A DNA stretch of 64,000 nucleotides from Candidatus Eiseniibacteriota bacterium. GTDB taxonomy: Bacteria; Joyebacterota; Joyebacteria; Joyebacterales; Joyebacteraceae. Both the position numbers and the translations under genes were made by a program. The stretch lies in the NCBI GenBank assembly GCA_043815815.1, contig JBDRIO010000029.1:13650-77649 (forward strand), in the 5' to 3' direction. Below are positions 45,504 to 57,100 of this stretch, in pieces. The notes beneath the pieces are model-generated. The model did no database searches. It saw only the letters and a program-made list of their open reading frames with translations, and was not told the DNA's origin. Each line of letters begins with the position of its first letter. Position 1 is the stretch's first letter.

Positions 45504-46498
45504 ACGAGATAAGGATCTCCGGATTCGGCGGACAGGGCGTGATCAGATGCGGCTACATCGTGGGCAAGACGGCCGCCATCTTCGACAACAAGCACGCTAC
45601 GTTGACGCAGAGCTTCGGCCCCGAGGCCAGAGGCAGCGCGTGCAGCGCGCAGATCATCGTGGACGACGTTCCGATCCGATACCCGTACCTCACGAAGCCG
45701 GACACGGTGGTCGCGATGTCGCAGGAGGCGTTCGACAAGTTCGGTTCCGACATCACCCCGGGCGGAACGCTGATGATCGACGACGACCTCGTCAAGCCCG
45801 AGAGTCCTCCGAAGGGCTGCAAGGTCTACGCGATCCCGGCAACGAGGATAGCCGAGGGTCTGGGCAACAGGATCGCGGCGAACATCGTGATGCTCGGCTT
45901 CTTCACCGCCGTCACCGACATCATCTCCGTGGAGGCCGCGCGGGACGCCCTCCCGAGTTCGGTGCCTTCCCGCTTCATCGAGCTCAACGAGAAGGCCTTC
46001 GAGGAAGGCTACAGGTTCGGCTCCGAGCTTCTGGGCAAGGAACCCGTGCCGCCGCCGGCCGAGCGCTCCTCGAAGGGCGGCGAGTACAGGGCGTCCAAGG
46101 TCACGACGGCCAAGGCCGGCCGTCGGGCCACGACGCTCGCGCGGGTGAACGTGATGGACGGGGACGCGAGGAAGGGCGCCGCCGGGAAGAGCGCCGCGAA
46201 GTCGGCCGCAAAGGAAGCTGCAGGGGCGGCAATCCCTTCGACCGCGAAGAGGGTCGGGAAGAGGGCGTCCTCGGCGAAGCCCGCGAAGAGGGCCGGGAAG
46301 ACCGCGGCGAAGAAGAAGGCCGGAAAGAGGGCGTCCGCGGCAAAGAAGAAGGCCGGAAAGAGGGCGTCCGCGGCAAAGCCCGGGAAGAAGGCGCCCGCGA
46401 AGAAGGCCGGGAAGACCGCGGCCAGGAAGAAGGCCAAGTCCCCGGCGCGCAAACCTGCCAGGAAGACCGGCAAGAAGAAGTCCCCCGCTAGGAAGTGA
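45500..46498 (+). CDS. korC: 2-oxoacid:ferredoxin oxidoreductase gamma subunit with ~140-aa Lys/Ala-rich histone-H1-like C-terminal tail
   Basis: GTG start overlapping korB stop. Gamma-subunit core [24 protein letters not shown]...[11 protein letters not shown]. Tail ...[12 protein letters not shown]...[62 protein letters not shown]. Confidence 0.8.
   Translation: MNEIRISGFGGQGVIRCGYIVGKTAAIFDNKHATLTQSFGPEARGSACSAQIIVDDVPIRYPYLTKPDTVVAMSQEAFDKFGSDITPGGTLMIDDDLVKPESPPKGCKVYAIPATRIAEGLGNRIAANIVMLGFFTAVTDIISVEAARDALPSSVPSRFIELNEKAFEEGYRFGSELLGKEPVPPPAERSSKGGEYRASKVTTAKAGRRATTLARVNVMDGDARKGAAGKSAAKSAAKEAAGAAIPSTAKRVGKRASSAKPAKRAGKTAAKKKAGKRASAAKKKAGKRASAAKPGKKAPAKKAGKTAARKKAKSPARKPARKTGKKKSPARK
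46309..46374 (+). repeat. Perfect 33-bp tandem duplication inside the korC tail-coding region
   Basis: gaagaaggccggaaagagggcgtccgcggcaaa x2, encoding [11 protein letters not shown] twice. Confidence 0.8.
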
Positions 46499-46519
46499 GC
46501 GCACGTGTCAGGGGGTACG

Positions 46520-49500
46520 GATGGACAGGGGCGTTCTCGTCATCGGAGGCGGCATAGCAGGCATTCAGGCCGCCCTCGATCTGGCGGACGCGCAGTTCAA
46601 GGTCTATCTCGTCGAACGCGAACCGTCGATCGGCGGGAAGATGGCCCAGCTCGACAAGACGTTCCCGAGCATGGACTGCGCCATCTGAATACTCGGTCCC
46701 AAGATGATGGATGTCGGTCGGCATCCGAACATCGAGCTCTGGACCAACAGCGAGGTTGTTAAGGTCAAGGGCAAGGCCGGGGATTTCAAGGTCAGCGTGC
46801 TCCGCAGAGCGCGGTGCGTCGACGTCGACGAGTGCACCGCGTGCGGGGAGTGCGCCAAGTCGTGCCCCATTGCCGTGCCCAACGAGTTCGACCTGGGATT
46901 GGGCACCCGCAAGGCCATCTACCAGCCGTTCCCTCAGGCGGTGCCGTCCGCCTACATCCGCGACATCGAAACCTGTCTTGGGCACTTCCCGCTGGCCTGC
47001 GGAAGGTGCGCCAAGGCCTGCGAGAAGGGGTGCATCGACTACGACGAGCAGGACGTCGTGGAGGACGTAGCCGTGGGGTCGATCGTCGTGACCACGGGCT
47101 TCGATTTCTACGACCCGGGCGAGGCGAGCGAGTACGGCTACAAGCGCTTCCACAACGTCGTGTCGAGCCTCGAACTCGAGAGGCTCCTCTCCGCGAGCGG
47201 ACCCACGAGGGGCTTCCTCACGCGCTTCACGGATGGCGAGTCCCCCAAGAGGATCGCCTTCATCCAGTGCGTCGGCTCCAGGTGCGTGAAGCGTGACATC
47301 CTCTACTGCAGCCGCATCTGCTGCATGAACGCCGTCAAGGACGCCCTCCTGATCGAGGAGCTCTTCCCGGGCGCAGAGCTGCTCATCTTCAACATCGACG
47401 TGCGCGCCTTCGGGAAGGGCTTCGAGGCCTTCTACCGCCGGTCGCAGGGCAACGCTCAGCTCCGCTATGTGAAGGGCAAGCCCTCCAAGGTGTCCGAGGA
47501 CCCGGACACCGGCCATCTCTTGCTTCACTACGAAGACTCGGTGACCGGCACGATCGAGCACTCCGAGGTCGACATGGTCGTGCTCTCGTCCGCGCTCGTG
47601 CCCTCCGAGGGGACCGCCGGGCTCGCCGAGGTGCTGGGAGTGGGCGTCGCTTCCGACGGGTACATAGAGAGTCGCGACGCCTCGGCCTACCCCCTCGACA
47701 CGACGCGCCCGGGCGTGTACGTGGCAGGTTGTGCGGCCGGGCCCAAGGACATCACCGATTCCGTGGCGGAGGCTTCGGGCGCCGCCGCGCTTGCCGCGTC
47801 GCACGTGCTCAAACACAAGCTCGAAGACACGAAAGTGGAGGTCGAGCAGAGAGACGTCAGCGGTCCTCCGCGCGTTGGGGTCTTCGTCTGTCACTGCGGC
47901 ATCAACATCGGGGGAGTGGTCGACGTCTCCAAGCTGTCCGAGTACGCCGGCACGCTGCCCGACGTGGTCTTCGCCGAGCATCTCCTCTTCGCCTGCGCGG
48001 AGAGCACGCAGAGACAGATACAGGAGCGTGTCGCCGAGCACGACCTGAACAGGGTCGTCGTCGCCGCGTGCACGCCGAGGACGCACGAGCCCGTTTTCAG
48101 GCAGGCGGTGGCCGCGGTCGGCCTGAACCCGTATCTCGTTGAGATGGTCAACATCCGCGACCAGTGCTCGTGGGTCCACGCCAAGGAGCCGGTGGCGGCC
48201 ACCGAGAAGTCGCGCGACCTCGTTCGCATGGCCGTGGCCCGTTCGCGACTCCTCACGCCCCTGTCCGAGAAGGAGCTGGACGTCGGTCACGAGGTGCTCG
48301 TCGTCGGAGGCGGCATCGCGGGCATCGAGACCGCCATAGACCTCTCTCGGAGAGGGTTCTCCGTGCACCTCATCGAGCGCGAGGACGCGCTCGGCGGGCG
48401 GGTGGCAGGCCTGGCGGGAACGTATCCGAGCGGGCGGAGCGGCAGGTCGCTGGTCGACGAGAAGGTCGAGGCTCTGACCGCGACCAAGGTCGACGTCAGG
48501 ACGGGCACCGTCCTCAAGAGCGTCACCGGCTTTGTCGGGAACTTCGAGGCGACGCTGGCGCCGGCGGGCGGCGGCCCGACCGAAACACTGTCCGTCGGCG
48601 CCATCGTCCTCGCCATCGGCGCCGACCTCTACGAGCCCGGACCCGACGACTTCGGCGCCGGTGTCGTGCCGGGCGTCATCCCCAACACCGAGGTCGAAGG
48701 TCTCCTCGAGGGGAAGGGCGCTCCCAAGCTCGGAGGCAAGAAGGTCGAGACGGCCGTCTTCATCCAGTGCGTCGGGTCGCGAGGGGAGAAGGGGAATCCG
48801 GAGTGCTCCCGCTACTGCTGCCAGTCCGCCATCCGTCAGGCGATCGAGCTTCGGAAGCGCGGCGTCGACGTCGTCGTTCTGCACCGTGACGTCCGCGTCT
48901 ACGGCCGCGGGGCCGAGGAGATGTACCGGCGCGCCCGGGGGATGGGCGTGACGTTCCTGGGCTACGACCCGGCCGAGCCGCCCGTCGTCGACCGCGACGG
49001 CGACTCGCTGCGCGTGAGCCTCGCCGTGCCGTCGCGCAACATGACGATCGAGATACCCGCCGACGTCGTGGCCCTCTCGCTGGGCATGGTGCCCAGGAAG
49101 CACGACACGACGGCGATGCAGGAGATGCTCAAGGTCCCGATCGGGAGCGACGGCTTTCTCCTCGAGCGGCACCCCAAGTTCGGCCCCGTCGAGACGAACA
49201 CCGAGGGCGTCTTCCTGTGTGGATGCAGCCAGGCGCCCAAGGACATCGGTGACTCGATATCCCAGGCGTCGGCGGTCGCCTCGAAGATCGGCGCGCTCCT
49301 CGCTCGCGACACGATCACGCTGGAACCGATCGTCTCGGTCGTGAGCGACAGGCTCTGCCGCGCATGCTCGGAGTGCGTGATCGTCTGTGAGTTCAACGCG
49401 ATAGAGATAGGCGAGCTTCCGGACGGGCGGCGCGTGGCGATCGTGAACGAGGCGCTCTGCAAGGGGTGCGGGACGTGCGCCGTGGCATGTCCTAGCGGGG

Positions 49501-49622
49501 CCATCTCGATACGGCACTTCACCGACGAGATGATCGAGACGATGATGGAGGCCTACCTGAGGCCGACCGCTGAGCACGGGTCCGAAGCGTGGCCGGAGAC
49601 GGACGTTGGCGAAACGGGCTGA
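46520..49622 (+). CDS. hdrA: HdrA-like flavoprotein, selenocysteine-containing (in-frame TGA near 46685-46687), double-HdrA fusion with C-terminal 2x[4Fe-4S] ferredoxin
   Basis: N-terminus [22 protein letters not shown]...[10 protein letters not shown]-[TGA][13 protein letters not shown] matches the HdrA DCSMC(I/L)LSPK site, where the second Cys is Sec in known selenoprotein HdrAs. Then a Cys-rich FAD domain, an inserted Fe-S domain ([14 protein letters not shown]...[10 protein letters not shown]), a second FAD domain ([17 protein letters not shown]), then [12 protein letters not shown] / [12 protein letters not shown]. The ORF track only shows the portion after the TGA (46704..49622). Confidence 0.75.
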
Positions 49623-50187
49623 CAGCACGGAGACCGGGCGTGCCTCCGCGAAGGGGACGCGTGCCGGGAGCGCCTCGGGCGGCGCCGGGTCCTCGAACTC
49701 CGGGCGCGGCGCGTTCGAGCCGAGGGTCGTCGCCTTCGCGTGCAACTGGTGCAGCTACCCGGCAGCGGACGCCGCAGGCATCAACAAGATGCAGTATCCG
49801 CCGAACGCGCGGATCATACGCGTCATGTGCGCCGGGCGCATCCACCCCGCGTTCGTTCTGAAGGCTCTCGAGCTCGGCGCAGATGGCGTCCTCGTGTCCG
49901 GCTGCCACTTCGCCGACTGCCACTATCTGTTCGGCGCCAAGCGGGCGGCAGAGCAGTTCGAGAAGACGGCGGAGCTTGTCAGGCTGCTCGGCCTTCCGAA
50001 GGAGAGGGTCCGCTTCGAGCAGATATCCGCCGCCGAGGCGCCGGAGTTCGTGCGCGTGATGCACGAGTTCGTCGAGGACCTGAAGCGACTCGGCCCGAGC
50101 CAGCTCGGCGGGCCCGTTGACGGCGGGAGCCGACCGGGCGACCGCGGGATCGACCTGCCCGGAGTTGTGGGAGAGGAGCGCACGTAG
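49606..50187 (+). CDS. mvhD: MvhD-like protein (methyl-viologen-reducing hydrogenase delta subunit family, [2Fe-2S])
   Basis: [67 protein letters not shown]. Confidence 0.8.
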   Translation: MAKRADSTETGRASAKGTRAGSASGGAGSSNSGRGAFEPRVVAFACNWCSYPAADAAGINKMQYPPNARIIRVMCAGRIHPAFVLKALELGADGVLVSGCHFADCHYLFGAKRAAEQFEKTAELVRLLGLPKERVRFEQISAAEAPEFVRVMHEFVEDLKRLGPSQLGGPVDGGSRPGDRGIDLPGVVGEERT

Positions 50188-50189
50188 CC

Positions 50190-51338
50190 ATGAAGGACCT
50201 GACGGAGGCGATCAGGGTCTCACGCGCGCAGTTCTGCTACGAGTGCGGGAAGTGCACGGGCGTCTGCCCGGTCGCGCGGTACGACAGCGGATTCTCACCC
50301 AGGTCGCTGCTCGTGCGCGCTGTGCGCGGGGAGGAAGGGAAGCTCGTTCAGGACGTGAACGTCTGGTCGTGTCTGACGTGCGGGCTGTGCGACACCCGCT
50401 GCCCGGCGGGCATCGACTACGGGGTCCTGACCAAGGCCGTGAGGGCGGTCGTGCGGCGCGAGGGCGGCGAGGGGACCTGCACTCACGGAGGGGCGGTCCA
50501 GTCGCTCACGAAGATAATGACGAGGCCCAAACTCGAGCAGGACAGGCTCGGCTGGGTCGACGGGACGATGAAGACAAAGGCCAGGGGAGACACGGTCTTC
50601 TTCGTCGGGTGCGCGCCGTACTTCGAGGTCCTCTTCGAAGAGACGGGCGCCAGGTCGCTCGAGACCTCGCGGGCGTCGGTCCGTCTCCTGAACGCGGCCG
50701 GCGTCGTGCCCGCGCTCCTTCCGAACGAGCGCTGCTGCGGCCACGACCTCCTCTGGAACGGCGACGTCGAGAACTTCCGGATGCTCGCGAGGCAGAATCT
50801 CAAGATGCTCGAGGAGGCGGGCGCCAAGCGCGTCGTCGTCGCGTGTCCCGAGGGGTACGCCACACTGAGGAACGATTACCCCGCTCACTTCGGCGAGCTT
50901 CCGTTCGAGGTCGTTCACCTCACGGAGTTCCTCGCGGAGTCAATCGAGGACGGAAGGCTCACGTTCGGAAGTAACGGCGAGGAGACCGTCGTCACCTACC
51001 AGGACCCGTGCAGGCTGGGGCGCCACCTCGGCGTCTACGACGCTCCGAGGCGAGTCATCGAGGCGCTGCCTGGCGTCACGCTGGTCGAGATGGCCCACTC
51101 CCGAGAGAGGGCCATATGCTGCGGGGTGGGGGGATTCCAGAACTGCACGTCGTTCAGCAAGATGATTCAGGCCGCCCGCCTCCGCGAGGCGAAGGCGACG
51201 GGCGCCGACACGCTCGTCACGGCCTGCCCCAAGTGTGAGATACATCTCGGATGCGCGCTCAAGGACCCGGTGCTCGAGGACGAGCTCGGGCTGCGCATCG
51301 TGGACGTAGCGGCCCTGGCCGCGTCGCGTCTCGCGTAG
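50190..51338 (+). CDS. HdrD-like fused HdrC/HdrB protein (2x[4Fe-4S] plus two CCG domains)
   Basis: CYECGKCTGVCP and CLTCGLCDTRCP, then CCG motifs NERCCGHD and AICCGVGG...CPKC. Confidence 0.75.
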   Translation: MKDLTEAIRVSRAQFCYECGKCTGVCPVARYDSGFSPRSLLVRAVRGEEGKLVQDVNVWSCLTCGLCDTRCPAGIDYGVLTKAVRAVVRREGGEGTCTHGGAVQSLTKIMTRPKLEQDRLGWVDGTMKTKARGDTVFFVGCAPYFEVLFEETGARSLETSRASVRLLNAAGVVPALLPNERCCGHDLLWNGDVENFRMLARQNLKMLEEAGAKRVVVACPEGYATLRNDYPAHFGELPFEVVHLTEFLAESIEDGRLTFGSNGEETVVTYQDPCRLGRHLGVYDAPRRVIEALPGVTLVEMAHSRERAICCGVGGFQNCTSFSKMIQAARLREAKATGADTLVTACPKCEIHLGCALKDPVLEDELGLRIVDVAALAASRLA

Positions 51339-51392
51339 CGGAGCGTGTCTCGTGCTGTGAGTCGTACCTCGCGTAGTGAACGGAGGAGCGTG

Positions 51393-53831
51393 ATGGCAAC
51401 GAGGGATGACGGTGACGGGAAGCTCCGGGTAGGCGTGTTCGTCTGCCAGTGCGGTCTGAACATCGCCGGAACCGTGGACTGCGCGGCTGTCGCCGAGTTC
51501 GCTGAAGGCTTGGACGACGTCGCCATCGTGTACAACAACAAGTACACGTGTTCCGAGCCCGGACAACTCGAGCTTCAGAAGGCCATCGAAGAGCACGACC
51601 TGAACCGAGTGGTCGTCGCGTCGTGCTCGCCGCGCATGCACGAGCCCACGTTCAGGGCGGCACTCGAGGGGGCGGGGCTGAATCCCTACCTACTGGAGAT
51701 GGCCAACCTCCGCGAGCACTGCAGCTGGGTGCACATGGGGGAGCCCGACGCAGCAACGGAGAAGGCCAAGGATCTCGTGAAGATGGCCGTCGCCAGAGCC
51801 CGCGCGCTCGCGGCTCAGACGGAGATGGTCGTCCCCATCACGCAGACGGCCCTGGTCGTCGGAGGAGGCGTAGCAGGAATCCAGGCTTCGCTCGACCTCG
51901 CCGACGCCGGTTATCAGGTCTACCTGGTCGAGAAGGAACCCTCCATCGGTGGGATCATGGCTCAGATCGACAAGACCTTTCCCACCATGGACTGCTCCAT
52001 ATGAATTCTCGGCCCCAAGATGGCGGATGTCGGTCGGCATCCGAAGATCGAGCTCCTGGCCTACAGCGAAGTTGAGGACGTCAAAGGGTACGTGGGCAAC
52101 TTCACGGTCACGGTCCGCAAGAAGGCGCGGTACGTGGACGCGAGCGAGTGCACGGCGTGCGGTGACTGTAAGGACGTCTGTCCGGTGACCGCCCCGGACG
52201 AGTTCGAGATAGGCCTGGCCACGAGGAAGGCGATCTACCAGCCGTTCCCGCAGGCCGTTCCGTCGGCGTACGTTCTGAACATCGACGAGTGCCTCGGAAA
52301 CAACCCCATCGCGTGCGGGAAGTGCCTCGAGGTCTGCGACAAGAAGTGCATCGACTACGACGATGAGGACGAGCTGGTTCAGATCGAAGTGGGAACGGTC
52401 ATCGTCTGCGTCGGCATGGACGTCTACGACCCGACGATCATGGACGAGTTCGGGTACACGAGGTTCGAGAACGTCATCACGTCGATGGAGTTCGAGCGCC
52501 TCATCAACTCCGGAGGTCCGACCGAAGGCCACCTGGTCAAGCTCACCGACGGAGAGCAGCCTGGTACGGTGGCGTTCATCCAGTGCGTGGGCTCGAGGGA
52601 CGCGACCCGCGGCAACCCGTACTGCAGCAACTTCTGCTGCATGAACACGGTGAAGGATTGCCTCCTCATCAAGGACCACTACCCCGGCGTCGACATCAAG
52701 GTCTTCTACATCGACATCCGCGCCTTCGGCAAGGGGTTCGAGGACCTCTTCCAGAGGAGCAAGGAGGCGGGGACCCAGTACATCCGCGGCATCCCCGGCG
52801 AGATCGAGGAGGACCCCGAGACGAAGGGTTTGAGGCTTTTCGTCGAGAACACGACCGACGGCGGGGTCGAGCGCCACGACGTCGACATGGTCGTGCTCTC
52901 GGTCGGCGCCATTCCCAGGAAAGACAGCGACGTCATCCAGCGGCTCCTGACGCTCCAGCGGAGCCAGGACGGGTTCTTCCTCGAGGCGCACCCGAAGCTC
53001 AAGCCGGTCGACGCGGCCACGCAAGGCGTCTTCTTCGCCGGCTGTGCCGAGAGCCCGAAGGACATCAAGGACTCCGTGACGCAGGCGAGCGCGGCCGTCG
53101 CGCGCGCCAACCGCCTCATGATGCAGGGGAAGGTGAAGGTCGAGGCCATCACGTCGACCGTGATCCCGGAGCTCTGCAAGTCGTGCGGCATATGCGTCAA
53201 GGTCTGTCCGTATCACGCGATCTCGTGTGACACGAAGGCCAAAGCGGCCGCGGTCGTCGTCGAGGCCGCGTGCGCAGGCTGCGGAGCCTGCAGCGCGGAG
53301 TGTCCGTTCGGCGCCATAACGATGAAGCACTTCACCGACGACCAGATCGAGGCGCAGATCGACGCGATGCTCGACACCGATCCACAGGACAAGGTGCTAG
53401 CGTTCGCGTGCAACTGGTGCTCGTACTCGGGCGGGGACCTCGCGGGGACGAACAGGCTCCAGTACCCGGCGAACGTCCGGCTCATCAGGACGATGTGCTC
53501 CGGGCGCGTCGACAAGAAGTTCGTGCAGAGGGCGTTCGCCAGAGGCGCACCGGTCGTGCTCGTGTCCGGTTGCCACTTCGCGGACTGCCACTACATCAAC
53601 GCCGTGCACTGGACGCAGCGGAGGGTCGAGAAGCTCTGGGACGAGCTGGAGAAGAAGGGCGTCCGTCCCGAGCGGCTGCAGCTCGAGTGGATCTCGGCGG
53701 CCGAGGGTCAGAAGTTCGCGACCGTCATGCGCGCCATGGAGGAACTGCGGCAGACGGTCACGCCCGCTGAGATCGAGAAATCCAGGAAGGCATATGCCAG
53801 TGCCCTCGAGCCCACCGAGGTCACCGCCTAG
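51393..53831 (+). CDS. hdrA: HdrA-like flavoprotein, selenocysteine-containing (in-frame TGA 52002-52004), fused C-terminally to an MvhD domain
   Basis: GGAGGAG RBS; N-terminal Fe-S domain [14 protein letters not shown]...[10 protein letters not shown]; FAD domain ...[10 protein letters not shown]-[TGA][13 protein letters not shown]...; ferredoxin [12 protein letters not shown] / [12 protein letters not shown]; C-terminal Mvh[18 protein letters not shown]...GCHFADCHY. The ORF track splits it into 51345..52004 and 52020..53831, consistent with one TGA-interrupted frame. Confidence 0.8.
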
Positions 53832-53844
53832 AGGAGCGCCGCCC

Positions 53845-53979
53845 ATGGCCGACCAGGCCAGGTTCGTCTGTCTGCGCTGCGGAGCCGAGTTCCTCCTGCC
53901 CTACACGCCCGGAGTGACGGAGGAGCGCACGTGCCCCTCCTGTTCCAGCAACAGCGTCAGGCGCAAGAAGGACAGCTAG
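53845..53979 (+). CDS. FmdB-family zinc-ribbon small protein (44 aa)
   Basis: AGAGGAG RBS. MADQARFVCLRCGAEFLLPYTPGVTEERTCPSCSS (CxxC...CxxC). Confidence 0.45.
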   Translation: MADQARFVCLRCGAEFLLPYTPGVTEERTCPSCSSNSVRRKKDS

Positions 53980-54116
53980 CGCCGCCCCTTTGCGCATGAA
54001 GTGAAGAGCGACGGCCGGGAGCCGGCCGGGGTCATCCCGGCGGGCCCAGGTCCACGCGCGCCGCGAGCAGCCACTGCCGGTCGGGCGGCGCGAACGCACG
54101 ACCCGGGGGAGCGAAG

Positions 54117-57100
54117 ATGCGCAAGCCCTTCGTCATTCTCGAAGACGAGGCCAGGACGCTCGCGAACTACCACGTTCGCTACGTCGACGCTGCCCGCCGG
54201 CACCACGAATCCCTCGTGGAGAAGCTCGAAGCCAAGGGTCTGTACGACAGGGCCCACCTCTGGCAGCTCGCGGCCGAGCCGGCGACGGAGTTCCGCATCG
54301 TCGAGCAGGCGGCCGACTCGTTCGAGGAGAAGCTCGCCTTCCTCGGCTGCTACTACTGCCTGCAGCTTCTCCGAATGAACCTCGACGCCGTCGACTCGCT
54401 GCGGCTGAGCCTCATCTCGCCGGTCGACAGGACCGGCACCGAGCGCGACTTCATGCTCGGAATGGGCGCCGGGTTCCGGGCGCTGTCCGGCGCCTACATG
54501 GAGAGACTACTCTCTCTCTTCATCGCCGACCGCGAGACGCCGGCGTACGTCCTGATCGGCGTCGGCACGCGCGCCGACCAGGACGACATCGACGTCGGCG
54601 TGATCGACGACGGCGGCGAGGGCGGGGAGGCGCTCGATACGGCCATAGCGCGCATGAGCGTTCAGATGCTCAAGTACGCCACGAGCCTCCACTTCCACCT
54701 CTCGGAACACGTGGGCGAGCGCAGCTACAGCGCGACCATCCCCGAGTACAGGAGCACGCTCGACAAAGGGGTAAGGGACTTCGTCATCGTCAATGAGCTG
54801 GTCGGAAGCGCGCCCATCCTGGGTGACACGAGGCTCTTCGCGGAGTTTCAGAACGAGGTCGTGTCCCGCTACTACCACCGGCCCGGCGAGGACCCGAAGT
54901 GGCACGTCGGATACCTGCGCGGACTGCTCGGCGAGATCCAGTCTCTCATCGGACGCCCCCTCGGCCGTGACCACATCAATCCCAAGGACGACGGTCTCCG
55001 CATGACGAAGGGGCTCCTCGCGGTCCTCCGGACGATCCACGGGGTCGAGGAGGTCAACGCCTGGAGGATCATCGACTCGCTTCGCAGGGTCTCGCCGGAG
55101 GACGCCGGGCTCTACGACGACCTCGAGCGGTCGCTGAGCTTCCTCGAGGTCTTCCGCTCCGTCTATCAGCTCCTGGTGGCCCAGGACGAGGAGATCTACC
55201 TCGACGACGCGGTGATGCAGGCGAACCTGGCCCGCGTCGGGGAGGTCATGGGCTACAGGACGGTGGGTCTCATCGGTCCCGAGACGCACCTTCTCGTCGA
55301 GTACTACGAGCACGTGGGGCACGTGCGGAGGATCGTGAGCGAACTGACCGAGCGCTGCACGCAGCACTTGAGGGAGACGACCGTCTTCGCCGACATGGTT
55401 CTCCCCGAGTATCGTGGCAACACGGCGGTCGACTTCGCGGAGCGCAGCGCGTTCTTCCGCGGAACGACGTTCTGGCAGGACCTCCTCGAGCTCCTGGAGC
55501 AGGACGACTGCAGGCTCCTCTGCAGATACCTTGATGACCTGAACGAGCTCCCGCCGGGGGCGCGCGCGAAGGTCGTCGACGCCCTGAGCGCGTGCGCCGA
55601 GTACGCTCCCGGCACCGTGATGACGCTCATCGTCATCCTGGCCCGCAACCCGCACTGCGAGGGAGCGCTCGAGCTCTTCGAGGAGCTGGAAGCGGCATTC
55701 AGGTCGAGGCTGACGAGCGTGCCGTACGCCGCGCTCCCCGCCATCGAGCTCTTCTACCGGCGTCCGAGGCTCGTCAACCGCTATCTCATGAGCATCGGTA
55801 CGGCGGCCACGCTCGAGTTCGCCGACCTGCTCCGCCGGGAGCTGTGGGACCCCGACGTCGCGTTCTGGTGCGGCAAACTCGTTCTGCTCGCTGACCTGCA
55901 CGGGCGCGCGAGCAGGTACTTCAGGCAGTACCTGGATCGTGCGGGGGAGAAATATCCGTCGTGCCTGACGCTCCTGGATGACACGGCGTCGCTGCGGGAC
56001 ATGTCGCGCGGCGTCCTGGCGGGCGTCGAGCGCAAGCCGTCCTCACGAGAGAAGATGGAGAGGCTCGGCGACTTCTACGACCTGGAGTTTCTGCGGATAG
56101 GCTTGAAGACGCTGAACGGAGTTCCGGCGGCGCGCACAGACGGCGAGTTCACCGCCGCCGCCGACACCTACATTCAGGATCTCTTCGACCTGTGCAAGCG
56201 CGAGGTCGACGAGGCGGTCCACTTCCGCGTGGCCACGCACGACCTCCTCGCCGTCTACGCCACGGGAGGGCTTGGACGAGAGCAGGCGTACGACGACGAC
56301 TTCGACCTGCTCGTGCTCGTCAACACGAACCACGAGGACGTGCGCGCCTACGCGGACGCGATCGTGGCCAAGATGAACGCGGAGATCATCAAGCGCGGGA
56401 CTCTGCCCCACTACAGGCTCGCCGACCACATCGGGCACTACGTGGCCACCCTGGACGAGTTGCAGAGCGTGCTCTCGACCGAGCGGTCGGACACCTTCGT
56501 CGACCAGTCGCAGGTTCTAGAGGCGCGCATGATCGTGGGGACGAGCCGGTTCGAGAACGAGTTCCGCAGGAAGATCGTGGGGCGCCATGTCTTCGACGAG
56601 CGGTGTCGGTACGTGAGCAGGATGCGTGAGGAGATCGAGTCGCGTCACCGCGATGCTCGGGCCATGGGGCGCGAGCTCTCCAGCGTCAAGGACGGCGTGG
56701 GGAGTCTGCGCGACATCATCATGCTTCTGCTCATGTACAAGGCGGCCTACAGGCTGCATCGTCCGGTGAACGCGCAGCTTCTCACGGACCTGGCGAGGCT
56801 CGAGCCGACTCATCAGCGCGAGTTCCGCTTCCTGAGCGGGGCGCTCGAGTTCTTCAAGAACCTGCGCAACGCCTATCGCATGTCCGTCGGGGCGGAGGAC
56901 AAGCTCAGGCGCGAGTACTTCCACGTCGTGGCGCAGTCGATGGGGCTCTCGCTGGGTGACGACGAGGAGGCCCGGGAACTCCTGATGCGCGCGTATCGCG
57001 GATGCACGGTCCAGGTTGGCGAGGTCGTCGCGGCGCTGGCCCTCGAGCTCGAGCGGAGCTGCCTGGAACTCTCGGTTGAATCTGCGGACGCGTCGCCTCG

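Noticed and set aside
46685-46687. In-frame TGA in hdrA (and 52002-52004 in the second hdrA) as evidence of a pseudogene or frameshift
   Set aside because: Both paralogs have the TGA at the homologous codon, which is the known Cys/Sec position of HdrA (DC[SA]I-U-ILGPKM). The reading frame is intact for ~1000 codons after it. Selenocysteine recoding is the parsimonious reading.
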